Positions 1 to 11,767 of a stretch of DNA of 61,056 nucleotides are shown piece after piece. A program made the position numbers and the translations under genes. Source of the stretch: Chiloscyllium plagiosum (taxonomy: Eukaryota); assembly GCF_004010195.1 (NCBI RefSeq), contig NC_057755.1:6868529-6929584 (forward strand), read 5' to 3'. Under the pieces are notes generated by a model. That model did no database searches. It was given only the letters and a program-made list of their open reading frames with translations, and was not told the DNA's origin. The first letter of the stretch is position 1; each line of letters starts with the position of its first letter.

Positions 1-1868
1 GCTGTGTGGAAATGGCATGGAAGCATTGTTTTACGGAGAGGTTGTTGCTGGGGATGGGGTTGGGTATTCTGGCTCAGAGCAACGAAGAGGAAATATCATG
101 AAATATACATTTTGGATCTTATGTGCACCCCTCGGCCCCTGGGTCATCTATTACATATCAGAGCAGCGTATGTACATGGCAAAGGCTCTGTATCATACCA
201 CCTTTACCCAGCACAGACCAACCCCAATCTCTCCTTCCACACCCCCCAGAATGTTTTATTGCTATGGATAATATATCCGGGACAGGATAGGGAGATCAAC
301 TTTAAATTGGAGCCAGGGAGAAGAGGCCATTTCAGTCGGAATGGAGCGGGCATGGAGAGAGAGGGAGAGAAGAAAGTGGAGGAGAGTGAGGGATGTGTGG
401 GAATGGAGAAAGAGGGGACAGACGAGCTGTGGGAGAGACATAGATCGATTGTTCAGAGCAGGAGAAAGCTAAGGAGAGATGGAGAAGGAGATAGGGACAG
501 AGCGAGAGGGATAATGAGATAGGGAAGGGAGGAAGAGTCACAGTGAATGGGATGGAGTTGGGGAGATAAAGGGCAGAAGAGAGAGAGAGTTAAAGAGGAA
601 AGGTCTGAGTTGTGGGGGGAAAGAGAGAGGAACAAGTGAAAAACAGAGAGTTTTTCCCAGTGGAAGGTTTTAAAACGGGCTTGAAGCCTGGGGTTAAATA
701 ACCAAGGCGTTTAGATTGTGATACAAACAGGATAACCCCCAGGATCTGGGAAGCAGGATTCCCGAGGCGGGAATTGATAACTGAAATGAGAAACTCTCTC
801 CAAAGGCTGCGTTCTCATCTCAGAGCAATCTGAGAGGTGCTTCGGCCAGGGGGATAAAATGTGATAATCACAGAAATGAGACACAGGCTCGACATTTGAA
901 TTGAATTCACTGAGTATTTGCGAAGTCATGGTCTCTCTGTGTCTTTTTCTCCAGTTTTCTTTTGATCAATTTTCAAACAAATAAAATCATCACACAACTT
1001 AGAGCCGTCGTTATTTAAGGAGGGGTTGTGATAAAAAAAAGTGTACAGGATTAAATCAGACAGAAAGTAGGAGAGAGATATCAGAGATGGAGAGCGTGTG
1101 AGGGCGGGAGAGGTAAGAGAGGTGGAGGGAGCAGACTGCGAGAAGGGGATCAGAATAGAAACGGGTGAATTTTGGAATTTGCCAAACAGTAGGATTGGTC
1201 CGTCTGTGTCGTCTTGGAGACATAATCAAACCCTTAACGAGCGTCAGTAACACACTCAGGCTGTGTGTGGTCACACTGCTGCTTCGGAGATCTTGCTGTG
1301 CGTGTTTATTAATGTTTCTCGCCTGTGGTCAACGGTTCGATGTTGATTTCTCTGTATTTCGATGCTGCTGAGATGTTCTGCAATGCATTAGTTGAGAAGT
1401 AATTAATCTGAACCAATGTGACAGGGTAAAGTGGGAGTTTGTGGAAGGCAGAGAGACATGGAATTTTGCTGTGTTTTTGATGCAACTGTTGTGTTGACTG
1501 TTCCTCCCCTCTGGATCCGGAAACTGAAACTCAGGAAGGTGCAGAATCAGAGAGAATCAAATCATTTTTGCAGTGAGGAATAGTCAAACAAGACGTGGAA
1601 CCAGAGAGAGATAGAGAGACAGGGAGAGAGAGAAATCAGAAACTGTCATGTCTCCCTGTCATGCATTTACACACACACACAAACAGAAAAGAATTGAGGG
1701 GTTCAGACTGTCTCTGGAATTTTTAATCACAAGAGACGAGTTCTGGTCTGAGATGGGGGAGACATTGGGGCGAAAAGATGGAGGTGGAGCTGCTGCACAG
1801 TCTGATCCCACAGATGTCACTGCCTCCCTCTCACACTTCGGTTCCCATCTCTACCTCTGTGTTACCAG

Positions 1869-1901
<33 letters not shown>

Positions 1902-2342
1902 TTTCTCTCTCTCTCTCTCTCCCTCTCTCTCAGTCTGTCCCACATCTTACCTTCAATCCCCATCCTTCCCATCTCTGCCCTGTTCACATTCCCCTGTCGA
2001 TTCCATTCCCACAACTCCCTCGATCCTCCCTCTTCCATGGAACTGTGAATTGTGCAATTCTCAACCTCCCAGCTCACCTCTCTCCACATCTTTCCTGATG
2101 AAGAGCTTTTGCCTGAAACGTCGATTTCGCTGCTCGTTGGATGCTGCCTGAATTGCTGTGCTCTTCCAGCACCACTGATCCAGAACCTTTCTTTCTCTGT
2201 CAGCCCTGCGGGAGCTTGTTGTTCCTGGCTGAGGATCATTGTGTCGGTCGAGCACAGGCACAGCCTCACCCCACTTCGTCACAGGCCTACATGATGTATC
2301 ACTCTTTCTTTGGCTGCTCTTTTCTCATTCTCTCTCTGGATT

Positions 2343-2347
<5 letters not shown>

Positions 2348-2410
<63 letters not shown>
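2348..2410 (+). repeat. (CT)n(CA)n microsatellite
   Basis: Seen directly. Confidence 0.95.
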
Positions 2411-2415
<5 letters not shown>

Positions 2416-2500
2416 CACACTCACACTAGTTGTCTGCTGTACTTTTGTCAGTATTATCCCTCACACTCAGACACTCGCAGCAGAGTCTCCCTCAGCTGGG

Positions 2501-3432
2501 NNNNNNNNNNNNNNNNNNNNNNNNNNNNNNNNNNNNNNNNNNNNNNNNNNNNNNNNNNNNNNNNNNNNNNNNNNNNNNNNNNNNNNNNNNNNNNNNNNNN
2601 NNNNNNNNNNNNNNNNNNNNNNNNNNNNNNNNNNNNNNNNNNNNNNNNNNNNNNNNNNNNNNNNNNNNNNNNNNNNNNNNNNNNNNNNNNNNNNNNNNNN
2701 NNNNNNNNNNNNNNNNNNNNNNNNNNNNNNNNNNNNNNNNNNNNNNNNNNNNNNNNNNNNNNNNNNNNNNNNNNNNNNNNNNNNNNNNNNNNNNNNNNNN
2801 NNNNNNNNNNNNNNNNNNNNNNNNNNNNNNNNNNNNNNNNNNNNNNNNNNNNNNNNNNNNNNNNNNNNNNNNNNNNNNNNNNNNNNNNNNNNNNNNNNNN
2901 NNNNNNNNNNNNNNNNNNNNNNNNNNNNNNNNNNNNNNNNNNNNNNNNNNNNNNNNNNNNNNNNNNNNNNNNNNNNNNNNNNNNNNNNNNNNNNNNNNNN
3001 NNNNNNNNNNNNNNNNNNNNNNNNNNNNNNNNNNNNNNNNNNNNNNNNNNNNNNNNNNNNNNNNNNNNNNNNNNNNNNNNNNNNNNNNNNNNNNNNNNNN
3101 NNNNNNNNNNNNNNNNNNNNNNNNNNNNNNNNNNNNNNNNNNNNNNNNNNNNNNNNNNNNNNNNNNNNNNNNNNNNNNNNNNNNNNNNNNNNNNNNNNNN
3201 NNNNNNNNNNNNNNNNNNNNNNNNNNNNNNNNNNNNNNNNNNNNNNNNNNNNNNNNNNNNNNNNNNNNNNNNNNNNNNNNNNNNNNNNNNNNNNNNNNNN
3301 NNNNNNNNNNNNNNNNNNNNNNNNNNNNNNNNNNNNNNNNNNNNNNNNNNNNNNNNNNNNNNNNNNNNNNNNNNNNNNNNNNNNNNNNNNNNNNNNNNNN
3401 NNNNNNNNNNNNNNNNNNNNNNNNNNNNNNNN
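2501..3432. other. Assembly gap
   Basis: N run. Confidence 1.
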
Positions 3433-5060
3433 CCACTGGGGAGGGGGGGGGGTGCGGTTATTGTAAAAGACGTAGACACAGAGCGGGCTTTTATATCCAG
3501 TAATTGAAGAGCAGAAAGGAAAAGCAGAAGAGCAGATTTTGGGGTGGGGGGAGGGGTTTAAATTAGACCATGACAATTGGTGAGGGAAAGATGTTTGGGG
3601 AAAGTGCAATATTTGGACTGAGGGTGAAGGGGCAAATGATTTGGGGGAATGAAAAACTTTGAAGGGGTGGGCGCAAAAATGTAGGGGCTGGAAAAATGAA
3701 ATGGAGTGGCTGAATTCATAAATGCAGAAGACTTAAAAATCTAGGGAAGGCAGCAAAATGGAGGGAGACAAACTGTGGGTAATTATGCTTCTCCCATTTT
3801 TAACCAACCTCCCCTGCAGCTCTCGACTCGGAGGTGCAAAATTGTTGGGGGGTTTTGAATTTGGATGTGTACCATTTGGCTTGGAGGCAAAATTGAGAGT
3901 TGCTAATATTGTGGGGACTGCAAGATGAGGCAAATAAAATATAGCGTGAGGGGAGATTCTATCCAGTCTGTCGGTTTGTGGAAAGGAGTAAAGCAGCACC
4001 TGGTGGGGACAATTAGATAAGAGGGCATTAGGGGAGGTGGCAGATTTTGTGGCGGCGACAAAACCAGGGAAGATACAACATCGGTGGGAAGGTAATTCGG
4101 TGGGGACAGTACTTGAGGAAAGGGACAAACTGGGTGGGGTGCAAAGTGGATAAAACCTCTTTGTCTGTAATGGGGGAGTGACTGGAAATAACAGGAAACT
4201 GGAATCTTGCTGTGCATCCCCGTGATCAGTCCCTGCCTGCGCTCATTATGTGTGGGAAGCAGGTTGGGGGAGCAGGGAAGAGAGGTCTCCACAGCAAGGG
4301 GAATGTAATGAGGCCCATTCGGGGGCAAATCCTGAGGATCCCGGGACAGGACCCGCACCATTTCATTGGGGGAGGGGTGAGGTTATATACGATGGGCTGA
4401 AGGACCTCTTGCGCAGACACATGTAGTGTCAGGGATTCAGGAACGAGGATCTCATTGTGTGTCGTGGAGGAGAGGGGAGCAGTCACGGGCTGTTCCATCC
4501 ACACAGACCCCTTTACCCAAAGCCCATGGGGTCTGGGTCACCAAGTGGTGGGATATGTAAGACATGGAGGGCAGTGTAGAGGGGCTTTTATGTTGAGTGA
4601 GAATAGTGCAGGAGGGTCGGTGCAAAAGGGACACTGCACAATCTCGGAGGTGGCAAAGATGCAGGGTGTGAACAATGGGGAAGGGATCACATAATTAGGG
4701 CAGATACAAATCTTGGGGAAACAGCAGAAAAAAAAGTGGGGTTAAAAATGAGAGCAATTATGTTCCCACACCCCCATTTTTGACTCCTCCACCACATATT
4801 CTAATGGTGATCATGGGTGGGGGGGCGTATAGGGTGGGGGTTGCCAAACTGGGGACAGATGCAACATCTGGGGAGTTGGCGTCTAAATTTGAGTTTGCCA
4901 TATAATTGGGGAGGAGGAATATTTGGGTCAAACTGGGGAGTGGGTGCTGTGGTGTCATTTGAAGCCCGTTTCTCAGTGTTGGGGTGATGAGTGGGCAAAA
5001 GGGTGTGACTGGGAATGGTTGGACAATGGGATCTTTCTGTGCCACTCTACTATCAGTCAG

Positions 5061-5755
5061 NNNNNNNNNNNNNNNNNNNNNNNNNNNNNNNNNNNNNNNN
5101 NNNNNNNNNNNNNNNNNNNNNNNNNNNNNNNNNNNNNNNNNNNNNNNNNNNNNNNNNNNNNNNNNNNNNNNNNNNNNNNNNNNNNNNNNNNNNNNNNNNN
5201 NNNNNNNNNNNNNNNNNNNNNNNNNNNNNNNNNNNNNNNNNNNNNNNNNNNNNNNNNNNNNNNNNNNNNNNNNNNNNNNNNNNNNNNNNNNNNNNNNNNN
5301 NNNNNNNNNNNNNNNNNNNNNNNNNNNNNNNNNNNNNNNNNNNNNNNNNNNNNNNNNNNNNNNNNNNNNNNNNNNNNNNNNNNNNNNNNNNNNNNNNNNN
5401 NNNNNNNNNNNNNNNNNNNNNNNNNNNNNNNNNNNNNNNNNNNNNNNNNNNNNNNNNNNNNNNNNNNNNNNNNNNNNNNNNNNNNNNNNNNNNNNNNNNN
5501 NNNNNNNNNNNNNNNNNNNNNNNNNNNNNNNNNNNNNNNNNNNNNNNNNNNNNNNNNNNNNNNNNNNNNNNNNNNNNNNNNNNNNNNNNNNNNNNNNNNN
5601 NNNNNNNNNNNNNNNNNNNNNNNNNNNNNNNNNNNNNNNNNNNNNNNNNNNNNNNNNNNNNNNNNNNNNNNNNNNNNNNNNNNNNNNNNNNNNNNNNNNN
5701 NNNNNNNNNNNNNNNNNNNNNNNNNNNNNNNNNNNNNNNNNNNNNNNNNNNNNNN
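5061..5755. other. Assembly gap
   Basis: N run. Confidence 1.
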
Positions 5756-5909
5756 CCCTGACTGCACCAACAGTAATCACCCTCTACTGGGTTCTGTCAG
5801 TATTACCCCTCACACTCAGACAGTCACAGCAGAGTCTCCCTCTGCTGGAACTGTCAATGTTACACACACACCCACATCTCCACACTGACACACACACACA
5901 CACACACAC

Positions 5910-5947
<38 letters not shown>

Positions 5948-6116
5948 TACGGACACAGAAACACACACATCTCCACACTGACACACACACCAACATCACC
6001 ACACACATATCTCCAAACTGACACACGTCCTCATACACTCACCCAAACGCTTATCTACACACACATCTCCACACTGGCACTTACCTTCACACACACACTC
6101 ACATCTCAATTCTATC

Positions 6117-7070
6117 TGTGACGCATCTGCTCCTTTAAACAGATTATGGTGTCCCTGACTTATTTTTCCAGAGTATACATAAACGACGCAGACTCCAAAA
6201 AGTCTGGGGTAGAAGGATTTTAGGGCCACTTAGTTTCTGGCTAAGAGATACTGCCTCAGCCAAAAGGATTTCAGGTTTTAAAAAACCCTGGTATGATGAA
6301 AATGGAATGGCCAGATTTACCAACTCAGTTTCTCGCTGGTTGTGTTTGGTTTTCGGCAATAGTGAGTAAAACATTGCATCGACCCAAAGAATCAGGTCCA
6401 GGCAGGTCCTTCTCTGATTTCTCTCCTATCGGACCTTGGGTTTGATTTTACTTTTCGTGCCAATGGGTGTTTAGGGGGACTGTTTCAAGTATTTGGAACA
6501 GCATCATTAAGTTGGGATGATCTGTTGGGTTTTCGGAGAAGTTATGTTATTTTATATTCTATTCATTTTGCTTGTGTTGAATTCGTCAAACTTGTAAATA
6601 AATTCTGATTTGTTTATAACTGGATGTTTTGGCCATCTGCATCCCTCCTGGAATATCCACGTTACATCTGCACAGAAAGACGAACAAAGTTAGGGTATGG
6701 ATTACTTTTGAGAAATGTTTTGAGAGGTCTGGTCTTGTCCATAACAGATTGGGGCTCTTTGCAGGATTTGTTCGAGAGTTTCAATTCCTGATTTGGGTTG
6801 TTGGACTCAAAGGTAGGTGGTAATGCATTTTGTTCCGTGTGTTGAATTCGGTTGCTTTAAACAGTGCTTGGAGTAGCAATGGCTCATTCAATCACCTAGA
6901 GTTTCCTGGGGTTGTTAGAAGTAACGTTAGGTGGTTTACGAAATGTGATCGATGCCAAGCTGCTGGAATTAACAGACAATAATTGCAGAAGAAGCTGAGT
7001 ATTTACATTTCCTCGAAATACCATCAGACTATGTAGAGATGCCAAAATTCAATTGAAAACTCAAATGGTA
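6117..7070 (+). mobile_element. Gypsy-type (Gmr1-like) LTR retrotransposon relic: 5' LTR, tRNA-Pro PBS, decayed start of gag
   Basis: TGTG...ATAACA termini (6117-6746). TGGGGCTCTTTGCAGGAT at 6750-6767 resembles PBS-Pro (TGGGGGCTCGTCCGGGAT). ATG at 6879 gives MAHSIT*SFLGLLEVTLGGLRNVIDAKLLEL, resembling fish Gypsy gag N-termini. Confidence 0.6.
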
Positions 7071-7099
7071 GGCTTAGGGTTTCACAATTTGCACAACAG

Positions 7100-7900
7100 G
7101 TTGAAAGGGTATTCAAGCAGGTGTTCAGCAAGGTTAGGTTCATTGCTTTTACTTTGAATATCAGAACAGGGACGTCAGGTTGAGGTAACACTGAACGTTG
7201 GTGAGTCCTCTTCCATAATATGATAAGATGTTCTGGTCACAGTGTTATAGAAAGGATGTTATTAAATTGGAGAATAGTGAGAAAAGATTTACTAGAATGT
7301 TGTTGGGATTAGAGGTATTGAGTTATAAAAATAAGTTGGATAGACATGGATGTTGAGTGGTGATCCAATAGAGGTTTATAAATTCATGAGGAGAATGGAT
7401 AAGATTTCCACCAGAGTGGAATCAGGTAATTTGGCCCAACAAATCCACCCAGATCCATGCCCCCACCATATATTTACCCGTGATTAATGAACCTCACACT
7501 ATGGCGAACTTAAAATGCCCAATTCATCTGACCTGCACATAATTGCATTGTGGGAGGAAACGCAAACACACATGGGGAGAATGTGCAAACTCCATATAGA
7601 TTGTCATCCAAAGGGGTAATCGATCCAGAAACCCTTACACTGTAAAGCAGCAATGCTAACCACTGAGCCACTGCAATTCACTGATAGGGAATGACAAGCG
7701 ATTGTCTTTTCTCTAGATGGGTGAAATTAAAAAATAATGGGTATATTTTCAAAATGAGCGGAGAACGTTTTATGACCGACATGAGGGGAACTCTTTTCAC
7801 AGAGTGTCAGTTATCTGTGGACTGAACTGCCAGAAGAAGTGATTGATGCAGGCACAGTTACAATTTTTAAGTGATATTTGGATAATCTGGCAACAGGACG
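7100..7900 (+). mobile_element. Old CR1 3' fragment interrupted by a SINE
   Basis: Contains aaggatgttattaaattggag, gaggtttataaattcatgag and gaactgccagaagaagtg, all typical CR1 3' DNA. Confidence 0.7.
7430..7672 (-). mobile_element. HE1-type SINE, degenerate
   Basis: ggggagaatgtgcaaactcca...gctaaccactgagcc is the reverse complement of the SINE body and head. Confidence 0.8.
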
Positions 7901-8070
7901 CTTGGGAATAAGGTTGGTAGCCCTGACGAAGTGGAACAAAAGTGCATGAGGTTCTGTGTGAAAGAATACAACATGGTGGGAGACCAATCAAACGTGAAGT
8001 CCTGATGGAGGGAACACAGTGAAAACCAGGCATTGTTCAAAACAAGGGGCTGTGTGCAGGGCGTGACATG

Positions 8071-8990
8071 TTAGCCCGATCCCTTCGCCATCTTAGATAC
8101 GCGAACCAACAGGGTAAAAGGAAAGGTCAGCCCGTTCCATAGCTCCTTCCGAAACCTAGTCTGGGTCAGAGCATAGATGAAAGTATTAACACAGGAACTC
8201 AACAGCTTCAACATGATGCTACACTGGTAGAAAATCGCTAACGGGTGGGTGAAGTTAGCCGGGTTGTAGTAAAGATTAGCAACTCGGTCCAAGATGAAGT
8301 AGATGACAGTGGGTAGCCACAGCAGTATGAACGCAGCTGATATGGCGAAGAGTAAAACAATTGATTTCCTTCGGCTTTTCATCTCCTCATCACTGCTGGC
8401 AGCGCTGGCCTGGTGTACGAGTCTTCTTCGGGCCAAGCTAGCGAGCAGGATGTGTTTGACGGTGAGACAGTTGAGGAGGAGTATGAGGAGATATGGAAAG
8501 AGTGGTGTGAGAAAGTGGTTCAGCCAGTCGTAGATGGACCATTCCAATAAATGTCCAAAGACCAATCGTTCCCTACAGCCTCTCCCTTGTCCATCTATAG
8601 CGACGATGGGCTCGTATTTGAAGTATTCTGGAATACTCCTCAAGATGCTCACCACCCAGATGGTAGCAAGGACGTTGACTGCCGTCCTCCATGTGCAATA
8701 TTTCGGTTTGAACCCCTGGTGGCATATGGCGACAAAGCGATCAAACGTGAAAACAACAGTGGACCAGACAGAGCAGTCCATGAAAGCAGACATCAGGAAC
8801 TTGTTGAAGGCACACACTTGGGTAAGAAAATAGATCAAAGACTTCACGTGGTAATACGCCAGTTGACCAAAAATCACGCAGAATGCGAGAACGAGAAGAT
8901 CCGAGAGAGCCATGGCTACCAGATACAGAGTTACTGAATTGGAAAGCCCACAATTGCCTCGACACAGGATTATAATAGTCACAAAATTTG
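8071..8990 (-). CDS. Exon 2 of a class A (rhodopsin-like) orphan GPCR, GPR139/GPR142-like; joined protein 332 aa
   Basis: Open frame with multiple hydrophobic helices: TM2 LYLVAMALSDLLV, TM3 FTFDRFVAICH, TM6 FILLWLP, TM7 LLSSCVNTFIY. Acceptor tttgctttcctttattttggcag|C at 8991/8990. Stop codon at 8071-8073. Confidence 0.92.
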
Positions 8991-9619
8991 CTGCCAAAAT
9001 AAAGGAAAGCAAACATGAATGACATAAGTTTCCAGTGCGATAAATCTTAGCTTGAATTAATTAGTAAAACATTTGATAACTGAAGTCGTTTTTTCTCTGC
9101 TGTATATTGAAAGTTAAAACTTGAAGCATTGATTTTTTTGAGTTTTTGGAATGACAGAAACTTCATTCATGTGAAGATCGCTGACTGAGAGATGATATTC
9201 TCTCAGTCTCAGTGTTGGGTGTTCATTTCACTCTCCAGACTATCAATCTCAAGATTTTTGTTGAGATTCCAGTGCACTACTGGTGGAAAGTGAATCTATC
9301 AGAACTCTCATACATGATCGAAGGTCAAGTCTCACGTCTCAATGAAAGCAAAACACAATGGTTTCTGGAGATCATAAGCAAACGCAGAGTCTGCTGGAGA
9401 AACTCAGCAGGTCTGGCAGCATCTATGGAGAGACAACAGAATCCCTGTAAGATCTTATTGAGCAGAAAGAGAAAAAAGGCAGTGAAATCTCAAAGTCAAT
9501 TGTCATTTGGAAAGAAATTACAGATGTCTGTACTTAATATTAACTTGGTTTATAATTCACCAGTAGAGATTCCAAGTGAGTCTCCGCATTTTGTATCAAT
9601 TGTTATATCTGTTTTAGAA

Positions 9620-9820
9620 ACACAGAGATAAACAGCACCCTTAAGCACAGGCTATCCATGCTGAGCAGATATACTACATTCATCTCATCCCATTTGCCAA
9701 CATTTGGCCCATGTCCCTCTAAATCATTCCTATTCATGGACACAACCAGATGCCTTTTAAATGTTGTAATTGTACCAGACCCCAACAGTTCCTCTGGCAG
9801 CTATTTGCATCCACACACTA
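9620..9820 (-). mobile_element. CR1 3' end inside the GPCR intron
   Basis: Minus-strand peptide GTITTFKRHL..MNR. Confidence 0.75.
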
Positions 9821-10131
9821 TTGAATAGTCTTCACCCACGATTTCCAATCATGCATTCCAAACTAGATGTTGCATAAAGAGAGCCTGAGTTATTTCCTGA
9901 CATGTCTCTGCAAATTTCCTGCGATATATTCCCCTGATTGTGAACCGTTTCTCAGTTTCTCCCTAAAAACACCTCAATTGCAACATGCTAAGGTTATGAA
10001 CGAGATAATGAACAAATCCTGCTGTTTATGCAGAGATAGTTTTCATCTCTCCACCTGGAATAGAACGGTGACACGATTACATATACACAACAATAAATGG
10101 TGATTTTGTCAAATGTTTAGACGTTCTGTAC

Positions 10132-10210
10132 CTGGAATGCCAATACATGCAAGTACAAAGTAATAGTGTTCCTGAATACTCATCAGGAACAAGAACAGCT
10201 GGAGATCCAT
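10132..10210 (-). CDS. Exon 1 of the same GPCR (MDLQLFLFLMSIQEHYYFVLACIGIP)
   Basis: ATG at 10210. Donor CCAG|gtacag at 10132/10131. The phase-1 join gives IGIPANFVTIIILCRG (TM1). Length 79+920=999 nt, in frame. Upstream in-frame ATGs exist up to 10309, so the start codon is not certain. Confidence 0.85.
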
Positions 10211-10297
10211 TCCTGATGGAGATTGATAGTTCTGATTGGCTTCGAGTGGAGAAAATAAGCGAGTGCGGCAGTTTTCGAGCCTGCCCTGGGCGTGCAT

Positions 10298-10305
10298 GTT
10301 TATAG
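10298..10305 (-). promoter_or_regulatory. Possible TATA-like box of the GPCR gene
   Basis: CTATAAAC on the minus strand about 90 nt upstream of the ATG at 10210. Motif match only. Confidence 0.25.
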
Positions 10306-10934
10306 TCATCTCGATATCCCGTGGGATTATTCTTAATGATAATAATTATTCTTCAGGAATCACGTTCACTGGCATATGACGGAGGGTGCGAGAATGAGGA
10401 TGGAAAGTGCTGCTGGCGGGGTGGAAGGGATGCATTCCATGTTCCTCTGAAAGGATCATGTGTTTTTTCTGTGCGCAAAGATTTAAAATGGAAGTCTCTG
10501 AGCAGCAGCTTGAGTTTGTACGTGCACAGAGAGCCTGCATGGAAACATTTTGTATGGACAGGGCATACAGTTAGTGGGCCAAGCAGCAGTTTTTACCAAT
10601 GTGACTTGGTTTTGAATTTAGCCAACCAATGTAAACAGGGTACTTAGTTACCCAAACCTATTACAGTTAAATATGATGGTTTTGACAACTTAGGACCAAT
10701 CGTATTAAAATAAATATTGGTATGTTATGATGTGTATAAAAGAAGGGGTCAGTTCAACAGAGGTCCAGAGCGATTCTGCTGTACTCAAACCCACTGGCGA
10801 TAAAGATTACCTTACCATTAGCTTAGCTAATAGCTTGGTGCAGCTATGTCTTAGCCTTCAGTGACTTGCTGTCAGAGGCACCAAACTTCATTTGTACATC
10901 TCAACTTCCCGACGTTCACCCTGCTCTGTGAGAC

Positions 10935-11310
10935 AATATGTAGGAGCTTGGACATCATGTTGAGGTTATGCAAGACGTTGGTGAGGCATCTTCTGGAATA
11001 CAGTACACAGTTCAGATCATCCAGTAAAAGCAAGGATATTATTAATCTGGAGAGGGCTCAGAGGAGATTTACCGGAATGTTGCTGGGAATGGAGGGCTGG
11101 GGTTATAAGGAGAGGCTGAGATTTTTATCCCTGGTGGCTGAGGGGTGATCCTATAGAGATTTATAAAACCTTGAGGGGCGCAGATAGTGAATGGCAGGTG
11201 TCCTTTCCCGAGGGTGAGCAATTTCAAAGCTAGAGGGCATATTATGAAAGGGAAAGGAGAAAGATTTGAAATACACGGGTGGGGGGTGGAGGTTGGGGGC
11301 AACTCTTTTC
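10935..11310 (+). mobile_element. CR1 3' fragment
   Basis: Peptide MLRLCKTLVRHLLEYSTQF...LERAQRRFTGMLLG. Confidence 0.8.
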
Positions 11311-11767
11311 TACAGAAAGTACTGAAGAAGGGTTATACCCCAAACATTGACTTCTCAACCTCCTGATGCTGCCTGCCTTGCTGAGTTCTTCCAGTCTCCT
11401 GCTTGTCTACCTTGGATTCCAGCGTCTGCAGTATTTTTGTCGCTCTATGTGACTCTTTATCCATGACTGTATGTTCCATATCTCGATAATGAACATTCTA
11501 TTCTGAACCTTACCAAACAAATGTCAAAAACCCAACAATATCACGACATTCATGAACTTGCCTTCAATTTTGTGACATCCTCAAAAAGTTTCAATCAGTT
11601 CATATATGACCTCTTCTTTCCTTTTGCAAACCGGTGCTCTACCCAATCTAATCATTTTTATTCAACTATCTATTAATCATACCTTCTCTGACAGATTCCA
11701 CCATTTTCCCTACTACCATGGCGAATAGGTCTGTTGTTCCTGTGTGTTTCATCTCCCTATTGTTCCT

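Noticed and set aside
4..640. 172-aa ORF at the window start
   Set aside because: It runs into GA-rich low-complexity sequence and has no recognisable domain.
5781..5850. Immunoglobulin V segment (GDSAV resembles EDSAVYYC)
   Set aside because: No YYC, stops follow immediately, and no recombination signal sequence was seen.
2141..6021. Long ORFs of 240-440 aa, and similar ones at 24195-24920 and 40418-41305
   Set aside because: They are artefacts of N runs and microsatellites.
8991..9012. ORF-track start MLSFILA for the GPCR
   Set aside because: It begins at a non-ATG codon inside the polypyrimidine tract and acceptor. The real N-terminus is most plausibly the exon at 10132-10210.
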